A DNA stretch of 46,506 nucleotides, from contig CAZRJY010000001.1 in assembly GCA_964600525.1 (NCBI GenBank), positions 1-46,506 on the forward strand, written 5' to 3'. Of the stretch, positions 34,901 through 41,240 are shown piece after piece. Positions within the stretch are counted from its first letter, which is position 1. Each line of letters opens with the position of its first letter. The translations under genes were made by a program, and so were the position numbers. Under the pieces are notes generated by a model, which was not told where the DNA came from, did no database searches, and saw only the letters and a program-made list of their open reading frames with translations. This stretch comes from an uncultured Clostridia bacterium (GTDB lineage: Bacteria > Bacillota > Clostridia > Christensenellales > Borkfalkiaceae).

Positions 34901-36615
34901 ACCGCCGAAAGACTGTTGTCGGAAGGGCCTGCATAGTTTGCCGCGTAGCAGCCGGCAATTACCGTATTTTCCTCGGCGTAGCCGACGATGCCGCCCGCGT
35001 ACGCACCCTTATATTCTTCGGTAACGTTTACGCTGCCGAGCTGGTTGTTTGCGGAAATCTGCGCCGACGAATAGCTGTTGGATACGGACGAAAATCTGCC
35101 GAGCGAACCGACGATACCGCCCGAGTGCATAGCGCCGTTTACCGAGCCCTTGGAATAGCAGTTGATAACGTACGACGCCGCGTTTTCCTCGGGGGAAATC
35201 AGATAGCCGACAATGCCGCCTGCCGAGCGGGGGCAACCCGTACCGTCTATGGATACGACCGCCGAGCTCGAACGCACGAACGCGCCGTGAGCAACCTCGC
35301 CCTGCGCGGTGGTGCCGTACGCGCCTTGAAGTCTGCCTACGATACCGCCAACGTTTACAATCTGGTTGTTGTCGTTGTAAACTGTGATATTGCCCGAACC
35401 CGTTATGACTTTACAGCCCGAAATTTCAGCGCCTATGCCGTAGCCGAGTATAGAGCCCGCGAACGCGCCCTTGCCCGACGACGCCGTATGAACTTCAAGC
35501 GAATAATCTTCGAGGGTTAAATTTTTGATAACGGGTGCGCTGATGTTATTGTTAGCGTCGACCGTAGCCACCGCGTAACCGAACAGTCCGACGTTAGGCA
35601 GATACGCCTGCGCGTACGAACTCTGGTCGGTAACCTCGTCCGTTATATAGAAGTTGCTGATTTTGTGACCGTTGCCGTCGAACGTGCCGCAGAACGCGGA
35701 GACCGACGTTGAGCCGTCGCCGATTACGAACAGCTGCTCGCCGTCCATATCGATATCGTTCATAAGCTTATAGTTCAGTCCCGAGAAACTGCCGCCGTAA
35801 AAGCTGTCGTTGATGATTACAGCCATGTAATAGAGGTCGACGGGCGTTCTGATTTCGAAGGGGTGCTCTGCCGAGCCGTCGCCGTAGCGGCCGTCCCCGT
35901 AGTTGGCAAATGACTGTTCGAGCGTGAGACCCGTAATACTGACTTCGCCGCTTTCGCCCACTTCCTGAATGGTATAAACGCCTTTGTCGTCCTTGACAAG
36001 CTCCTCGAAGCCGCAGCTTACCGTAAATTCGTCGTTGTAATAGGGGCTGGTCCAAATTCTGAATTTGAAGTCGTCGCCGCCTGCTACCGTCACTTCCTCG
36101 TTAAGCTCTCTCTTGCCGCTCTCGTCTAAAAACTTAATTCTGCGTTCCTCGGCATACTCGACGCCGTCGGAGTTTGTAACCTTCTCGAAAGTGGAAAATT
36201 TGAGGGTGTGCAGCGCTTTGAGCCCCGTAACCGATATCTCGGAGTTCGCCTGCATTTTAAACGAATAAACTCTGTCCGAACCGGGCGTGAGCTGTTCGCC
36301 GTTTACGCTTACTACGGGAGTACCCGTGGTATTAGCGCCGGGCACAACCTTAAAGCGCACGTCAAGTCCCGCTCTGACCTTGCCGCCGAATTTGAAGCTT
36401 TCGCCGTCCGCGTCGGGTTCGGCAAGCTCGCCCTCGAACACGATGTCCACGCCGCTGCCTTTAAGGTCAAGCTGATAGTATTCGGGCGGGTCCGTTGTGA
36501 TTTCGCCCGGATTGCTCGGTCCGTTGTTCGAACTGTTGCACGCCACGGCGCCGCAAAGGCACGCCGCGCTCGCCGCAACCATTATTCCAATCAGAAATTT
36601 TTTGAATTTATTCAT
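31912..36615 (-). CDS. giant GLUG-motif surface lipoprotein with C-terminal array of degenerate repeat modules
   Basis: 1567-aa ORF with a GGAGA RBS. Signal peptide plus lipobox: MVAASAACLCGAVAC. GLUG-type region at about 34816-35868: FCGTFDGNGHKISNFYI, VGLFGYA, VGGIVGRL, AGGIVGYL, SGGIVGSL, AGGIVGYA. Six G-x-W...F-(D/N)-G modules lie at about 32296-33858. Confidence 0.9.
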   Translation of the reverse strand: MNKFKKFLIGIMVAASAACLCGAVACNSSNNGPSNPGEITTDPPEYYQLDLKGSGVDIVFEGELAEPDADGESFKFGGKVRAGLDVRFKVVPGANTTGTPVVSVNGEQLTPGSDRVYSFKMQANSEISVTGLKALHTLKFSTFEKVTNSDGVEYAEERRIKFLDESGKRELNEEVTVAGGDDFKFRIWTSPYYNDEFTVSCGFEELVKDDKGVYTIQEVGESGEVSITGLTLEQSFANYGDGRYGDGSAEHPFEIRTPVDLYYMAVIINDSFYGGSFSGLNYKLMNDIDMDGEQLFVIGDGSTSVSAFCGTFDGNGHKISNFYITDEVTDQSSYAQAYLPNVGLFGYAVATVDANNNISAPVIKNLTLEDYSLEVHTASSGKGAFAGSILGYGIGAEISGCKVITGSGNITVYNDNNQIVNVGGIVGRLQGAYGTTAQGEVAHGAFVRSSSAVVSIDGTGCPRSAGGIVGYLISPEENAASYVINCYSKGSVNGAMHSGGIVGSLGRFSSVSNSYSSAQISANNQLGSVNVTEEYKGAYAGGIVGYAEENTVIAGCYAANYAGPSDNSLSAVSVNGVNYMSTGAFAGAYAKPNPNSAEDTVKYSTDYAVLVEYNNATAVANHPTSAFTALGWLGTDWDFSGTLPEIIIAGAARTVTVKIEQYNNPSFTRSFSRTAVAPITDWYKQSGGLPEYHENAAGRSWGYYFDKAMTKKVPCGFIPVNAETKLYAGYADYTQVAGTYYVEEAGYTNGAYIILTADGKAQIRNGGLYYECTYSYNGSQIILYRSCLAALAYGEDQINGGYFAYGGTAANGVLNLVAYLNLVNPSGSLEEGTYYVTETTTLKAVKASANFVYGEYKDANGVVYLFRRNGTGVKTVENTTSAFTFTPAANSFNIMLDRAVAVTVNPDGTVDTVDNVSVSKLDEFKGSWKKTANGLTEFTFDGEGYVSMNGGEAVELTADNGFEIGGVEYKATFANGCLVINGENYYKNDGFTGEWFMLGAKEQILVTFDGIGTNCYGTATVSYTGGESLSLEAEYDVFETANGKYVRIYVGDRQYGELLYGQSSAAGSFYSLLYNRYDSFTFYLYDLFRGVWTAAGADFDTVTFNGRSASSDLCEVAVRTAGNVTLSGTYTLTDNTHGTMTVGGKTYTIAYDGATNLISFGYEAEGETSVSGQLGRRDGWYGAQLSDGTLTYTFDGKSNVGGTVKVSDGTELAYTIANGSVTMGGELLEPNASGFEWNGQTLSFNTGFAGEWLISGVDNVLTIYEVGGSLTANVTATGVSGTHNFVFDPAAKTLTLTEGETVTLIKLKGETEMSITITSRGGNKYYNCLKNGLEDSWKGVYSAVGGSQNWKFDGLGKCKYGGGTAIYTDASGNSVKYGYRINEIGVPYIKATENVVFIEKENGDYEHGGKLYGTVTVNSYYGRTVFTEGQDGRTNYYFDGVKTLWEKGADGEYTAAYEYGIVTAARAELIKDGVRYNGLMEEAGISIKLTVSEQIKATEAGVTYAFGVTTLWRINAEGGYEKAYTYTVTDAEKGEYELTDNDGNKFTAKLTGNTITIKAKEDATEQA

Positions 36616-36680
36616 AATTTATTCTCCGCACGGTAAACCGCCATAAAGCAGACTATAACCCTATTTTCTCATTCTCTTCT

Positions 36681-36709
36681 ATATTATCATAAACGTCAAC
36701 ATAATGCAA
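36681..36709 (-). promoter_or_regulatory. candidate promoter of the GLUG / S8-LRR / lipoprotein / opp operon
   Basis: On the minus strand: TTGCAT-17 nt-TAATAT, about 65 nt upstream of the ATG at 36615, with a GGAGA RBS. It lies in the only long (315-bp) intergenic gap of the block. Confidence 0.4.
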
Positions 36710-36788
36710 AGTAATATAGCCCCGTTACAACAATTATTTTCCATAAAAATTACTTATATCTGCGCCGTTTTTTGTTCACCTTAATATT

Positions 36789-36811
36789 TTATGCAAAATT
36801 TAAATGCATAA
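36789..36811. promoter_or_regulatory. 23-bp inverted repeat TTATGCA-N9-TGCATAA, candidate operator/activator site
   Basis: The 7-bp arms are perfect around an A/T-only 9-bp spacer. The site lies about 80 bp upstream of the candidate -35. Confidence 0.35.
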
Positions 36812-36875
36812 ACGTATAGCCGCGTGTCGTGGCAGCCGGGTCCTTTAATTGCCTTTGCGTGGCACAGACTAATCA

Positions 36876-36912
36876 CGGCAAAACAAAAGCCGGCGGTGAA
36901 CCACCGCCGGCT
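36876..36912 (-). terminator. rho-independent terminator after the 925-aa lipoprotein gene
   Basis: On the minus strand the sequence is AGCCGGCGGTGgttCACCGCCGGCT followed by TTTTGTTTTG. It is the only strong hairpin+T signal inside the 31.6-kb same-strand block. Confidence 0.8.
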
Positions 36913-36930
36913 GTACGTTTAGTAAAATAT

Positions 36931-39708
36931 TTAATTTTGGGGACGCGAAAGTATTATGGTTTCGCTTCTCGTAGGATAAGTTGCGTGCTTGATTGAAAGC
37001 TTGTAAACTTCGTTTAAAGCGAACTCGAATTGGAAGGTTTCGTCGTTCCTGCCCGAAACGTACTCGCTTGTCAATACGTGCGTTTCGGCGTTATAGGTGT
37101 AGTTGTATATGCACGTCAATGTGCTGGAACCGTCGGTAACTTCCACTTTGAAAGTGCCTGTGGTGCTGTCCGAAACGTCGGGATTAACCGTCACTTTTAC
37201 GTCCGCGGGTCTGAGAGCGCCGTTTTCGTTTATTTTTATATAATTGAACCTGCCATTATACTCGCCCGAGAACATACCCTCTACCGAAGGCGCCTCCACC
37301 ACCTTAATTCTTATGTCGGTGCTCGCCACGGGGGTTGAGCCGTTCATTATCGTCGAATCGATATAAACTTTGGCGCCGTTGCTGTTGGTGGTAACTTTAA
37401 GCGGAGTAATTTTGCTTACCGTAATCGGTTTGCCTGCATTGTCTACTCCGTCGATATTGTCTTCGAGTTTGAAGTACGAACTGTAAGTGTTGGAAACCGA
37501 GGTTACAAAGCTGTCGTCAACGTATTTCGCCTCCTCGGAGGTAGCCGTGGCACGCACGTACAGCGGCTGACCCACGTACAGCGTTACGGGTTCTTTACAC
37601 TCCGTCCAGACGTGCGTTTCCGTTCCGTTGGCGTCGGAATACGTATACACGTAAGGAATAAGATTTGTGGGGTTACCCTTCTTTATATCCATCTTGATTT
37701 CGCGTTCGCACTTGCCGCTCACCGTACGCAGTATAAGGGATAAATCGTCGCCCGCGTACTGCGCGTTGAAAAATACCGTATTGTTGCTGCGGTTGAAATT
37801 TCCCACTATATGGTACGCGTTCTGGTCGAAATCGGCTTCGCCCGTATAGCTCAGCTCTATCTCCGTCGTCTTGGTTTTAAGGAACACGCGCAGAGGGTCG
37901 AATTCCAGCTTTGCCGTTTCGGCGGGTTGAACGTTGGATATGTTGAATATAACGTTGGTGTTTGCCTTTACTTCGATTTTTTCGCCGTCCTCAATCTTCT
38001 TGCCGCCGTACGTTACGTCGAACGACTGAATATATACGCTTTCGGGGGGATAAGGGTTTGCTTCAACCTTCTCGCCCTCCGCTTTCAAGGTGTTGTTGAA
38101 CTCTACCACGCGGATTGCGATAAAGGAGTGGTCCGCTTCGTAAACGTCGTCGGTGCCGTCGTACTTTTTATCGCCCTTTTCGTAGTAGTACTTTCTTAAA
38201 TCGCCTTCCTTCCAGCCCTGCGGAACGGGTCTTCCGATTTCGTTGCCGAACCTGTCGATAAGGGTCGTGCCGTCGGGCTTCTGTTTTACGCCTTCCACAA
38301 GTATTGATTTTACGATAAGATGCTTTATTTCGTTGCCGTCCTCGTCGGTCGCAACTACTTTGTCGCCGTGTTCGTCGAGCACGAATTTGCCTTCCTCGTC
38401 GGTGAGATAGGTATACTCGTATTTGAGACTGCCGTCCTCGTTCCTCTCGTAGTCCGCCTCGTACAAATCCTCGCTCGTTTCGGGGTCGAGAGGATAAATT
38501 TCACCGAAAATCACGTCGCCGTCCGTATCGAAAATAAGCTCGCCGACGTTGGTGCCGTCAAACGAATTGGCAAGCATAAACGCACGGATAATCTTGGTCC
38601 TTACCGAAAGCGTTTTGATTGCACCCGATGCGTAAAGCGTGAAATTCACGGTGTAACGGCAGAAATGCGTCTGCTCTTTTCGGCTGAACGAGAAACTGCA
38701 TACGTACTCGTTATTGGACGTCTTTACGAAATTGTCCTCGTACTTGATAGCCGTGTCCGACTGCGACGCGTTGTAATAAGTCAAAAGCGTGTCCTCGGCG
38801 CCGTAAGTTCTGCGCATGCCGCCGCCCGACTCATATCCGTAACCGAGTAAATCCTGCTCGGAAACGCCCTCGTCGATGCGGGGGTCAATCTTGACTTCGC
38901 CGTATTCGGCTTTCCAGCCTTCGGGGGGATTATCGGGGTCTTCGGGCTCGTTGGTAATTACCGTCTGCACTTCTGCGGAAATTCCGAAAGGCTTGCCGTT
39001 TTCGTCGCGTGAATACCAGAAATCCCTTCTGTTGCCGTCGTCGTGAACGCGCACGTAATTGTCGCCGTAGTAATTGCTGAAATTGCTGGAAAACAGCTTT
39101 GCGGTAGGGTCGTATTTGTCGGAATTTTGGTCGTATACGGGGTCGTCGGGGTCGCCCGTGACGTATCTGCCGTTGCTCTCGCGTATCAAATCGTGCAGCG
39201 ACGAACCCAGAAGCGCCGCGTCCTCGACGGTCTCCACCGCCGTGCGTTTGGGCAACTGTATATCGAATTCCACGTTGCCCGCAGTGTGCGCATATACAAA
39301 GTGACGGCTGCCCGCCGAAATTATCGTGGGCTTTGCGGTCACGGGGCTCGAAACGTAGCCCGTACCAGCCTCGGTTACAACGGGCAAAGTAGCCTCGGCA
39401 ACGTGCGAAGCGTCGAGCTTGCAGGTTCTGGTCGCCTTGCCCTCTTTGCTTTCGGTGGGATATTCGTTGATTTCCCAGTCGTTATAGTCGTGGGCGTCGG
39501 GGTTTATAGGAATTACTTCCGCAATAACGTGGCCGCACACGCATTTACCCGTCCTCTGACCGGGGGCGACGCAGGTCGCCTCGTAGTCGGTTGTCCAGTT
39601 GGGCGCGTGCTGGTGTCCGCCCTTGTTGCAGCCCGCAAGAGCGGTTGCGCCGAGCGTTGCCGCCATTACGAGAGATGAGAACATTGTCAAAATCTTTTTG
39701 CTTTTCAT
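36931..39708 (-). CDS. large lipoprotein, function unknown (N-terminal His/Cys-rich modules)
   Basis: 925-aa ORF. Signal peptide plus lipobox: LVMAATLGATALAGC. The N-terminal region HAPNWTTDYEATCVAPGQRTGKCVCGH...HDYNDWEINEYPTESKEGKATRTCKLDASH looks like short Cys/His modules seen in Firmicute surface proteins. A rho-independent terminator follows. Confidence 0.88.
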   Translation of the reverse strand: MKSKKILTMFSSLVMAATLGATALAGCNKGGHQHAPNWTTDYEATCVAPGQRTGKCVCGHVIAEVIPINPDAHDYNDWEINEYPTESKEGKATRTCKLDASHVAEATLPVVTEAGTGYVSSPVTAKPTIISAGSRHFVYAHTAGNVEFDIQLPKRTAVETVEDAALLGSSLHDLIRESNGRYVTGDPDDPVYDQNSDKYDPTAKLFSSNFSNYYGDNYVRVHDDGNRRDFWYSRDENGKPFGISAEVQTVITNEPEDPDNPPEGWKAEYGEVKIDPRIDEGVSEQDLLGYGYESGGGMRRTYGAEDTLLTYYNASQSDTAIKYEDNFVKTSNNEYVCSFSFSRKEQTHFCRYTVNFTLYASGAIKTLSVRTKIIRAFMLANSFDGTNVGELIFDTDGDVIFGEIYPLDPETSEDLYEADYERNEDGSLKYEYTYLTDEEGKFVLDEHGDKVVATDEDGNEIKHLIVKSILVEGVKQKPDGTTLIDRFGNEIGRPVPQGWKEGDLRKYYYEKGDKKYDGTDDVYEADHSFIAIRVVEFNNTLKAEGEKVEANPYPPESVYIQSFDVTYGGKKIEDGEKIEVKANTNVIFNISNVQPAETAKLEFDPLRVFLKTKTTEIELSYTGEADFDQNAYHIVGNFNRSNNTVFFNAQYAGDDLSLILRTVSGKCEREIKMDIKKGNPTNLIPYVYTYSDANGTETHVWTECKEPVTLYVGQPLYVRATATSEEAKYVDDSFVTSVSNTYSSYFKLEDNIDGVDNAGKPITVSKITPLKVTTNSNGAKVYIDSTIMNGSTPVASTDIRIKVVEAPSVEGMFSGEYNGRFNYIKINENGALRPADVKVTVNPDVSDSTTGTFKVEVTDGSSTLTCIYNYTYNAETHVLTSEYVSGRNDETFQFEFALNEVYKLSIKHATYPTRSETIILSRPQN

Positions 39709-39725
39709 ATAAGTTTACTCCAAGT

Positions 39726-41240
39726 TTAAGAGTACAGTCCGCAGGCATACATCCACTGGCTGTCCTCGTCGCTGTTGTAGCCGGGACCTTCGGGCGCGGG
39801 CCATTCGGCAATTCCGTTGCCGTCGTTGAAATACCTCTGCGAAACCGCCCAGCGTTGCAGGAACGTCTTTAACTCCGCATTTACCGGATAAACGCCGTTG
39901 CCGTTGCAATGACCTGTGTAAGCGGTAACGAAAGCGGCGTAGTTGTAAGCGGGCTTGCCTGCCTTTTCGCTGACGTAATGTAACATCTTTGCCAGGTCGG
40001 GGTTGGTGAACTCGTCGTGCACTTCGTTGCGTCTTCTCAGCGCCGCGTACAGTCTGTACTGCGGATTGACCGTGCCGTCTTCATTCCTGTAAAAGTCGCC
40101 CGTGGCGGAATTGATGAAGTAATAGTAGCCGTCGCCGCCGTCCGCGGGGTTGTAGTACTTGACGTTTCTCTCGTCGAGTATGTGCCGCGTGTTGGTTTTC
40201 ATTCCGCCGCCGTCGGGAACGACCGCTCCCAGAAATCTGAAAGTACCGCCGGGCGTATTCGGGGTCTTTGAAAAATCCTCGGTTACGGAAACGGGCGTCG
40301 CGTCGGGATAGTCGTCCCTCTTGGTGAACTCGCCGTCGCGCTCGAATATAAAGTTTACGGTAAGCGGATACGTGTCGGGCTTTTCACTCTCGGAATGCAG
40401 GTTGAATATCATAACGTTTCCGACTTCGTCGGGAGTGAGCTGGTATTTAAGCCATACGTTTTTGGTGTAGCCGCCCTCGGCGCCGCCGTCGTCCTGAATT
40501 ACCGCGGGGTAATCGGATATATACTGGCTGGTGCCGTTATGCAAATCGACTATCGGATTTATCTCGTCCGCGGTCACGTCGATTAAAGTCATAAACGAAT
40601 ACTCGCCCGACAACTGCGGAAGATACATAAACATCTGCTTATCCTCTTCGCTTGTAAGAGTGCAGCTGTATGCGCCCGTCTGGCTCAGCAGATAGTAGGG
40701 CGCAGGCTTGCCGCCCATATTCATATACCTTTTATCGCCGAAACTTTTGAGCGCGTACATCGGAACGGTTACGTCCTGCTTGTCGCGGTAAGTGACAAGC
40801 TCGTCGCGGCGCTCGGGGCGCGCGGGATTGGGGTCGTAGGTATAAGTCTTGCTGAAAGCTTCGGTAGTAACAAGCGTCACTTTGAACTCGCTGTTGACGA
40901 AAGCTATTTTCGCAACGCCGTTTTTATCGAACGGCGCGCGGTATACCTGAGCCCTGTTGTTGCCGTCGACAACCTCCGTCCACTGCGCCTGCAATTCGGT
41001 TATCTCCGAATAGTCCGCCGACGTGAACGGCGAACCGTCGTAGTGAGTAAGAGTTACCGTAAAGTAATTCTCGTCGGGGTCGGTAGGGTTGACGGGCGGT
41101 TTGGGTTCCACGGGCGTTACGGGCTTGCCGCCCGTATTTTCGGGCGGCTTATACTCGCCGCACCCCGCAAAAAACACCGCGAGAAGCAACACAGCCAGCG
41201 CTATAAATAAAATTTTGATTAACCCTTTACGCCTCGTCAT
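39726..41240 (-). CDS. lipoprotein, function unknown; C-terminal module shared with the TlpA-lipoprotein at 7435-10422
   Basis: 504-aa ORF. Signal peptide plus lipobox: LLLAVFFAGC. Its start overlaps the vWA gene stop (ATGA). The C-terminal ~150 aa (39729-40178) share a motif series with two segments of the ~995-aa protein (see findings). Confidence 0.88.
   Translation of the reverse strand: MTRRKGLIKILFIALAVLLLAVFFAGCGEYKPPENTGGKPVTPVEPKPPVNPTDPDENYFTVTLTHYDGSPFTSADYSEITELQAQWTEVVDGNNRAQVYRAPFDKNGVAKIAFVNSEFKVTLVTTEAFSKTYTYDPNPARPERRDELVTYRDKQDVTVPMYALKSFGDKRYMNMGGKPAPYYLLSQTGAYSCTLTSEEDKQMFMYLPQLSGEYSFMTLIDVTADEINPIVDLHNGTSQYISDYPAVIQDDGGAEGGYTKNVWLKYQLTPDEVGNVMIFNLHSESEKPDTYPLTVNFIFERDGEFTKRDDYPDATPVSVTEDFSKTPNTPGGTFRFLGAVVPDGGGMKTNTRHILDERNVKYYNPADGGDGYYYFINSATGDFYRNEDGTVNPQYRLYAALRRRNEVHDEFTNPDLAKMLHYVSEKAGKPAYNYAAFVTAYTGHCNGNGVYPVNAELKTFLQRWAVSQRYFNDGNGIAEWPAPEGPGYNSDEDSQWMYACGLYS

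Noticed and set aside
34750-35520. 256-aa plus-strand ORF antisense to the GLUG region, with a similar ORF at 31903..32631 (242 aa)
   Set aside because: This is the shadow frame of a long, motif-supported minus-strand gene. Its low-complexity R/A/V-rich translation has no start context.
36616-36680. I considered whether the 5' UTR of the giant-gene operon is a riboswitch or attenuator
   Set aside because: The predicted leader is only about 65 nt. I could find no conserved riboswitch core, no convincing terminator/antiterminator pair and no leader-peptide ORF.
36828-36864. 7-bp direct repeat CGTGGCA x2, 30 bp apart, upstream of the giant-gene operon
   Set aside because: A 7-mer repeat within a ~300-bp region is roughly what chance predicts. 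There is no dyad symmetry and no helical-phase spacing typical of response-regulator sites.
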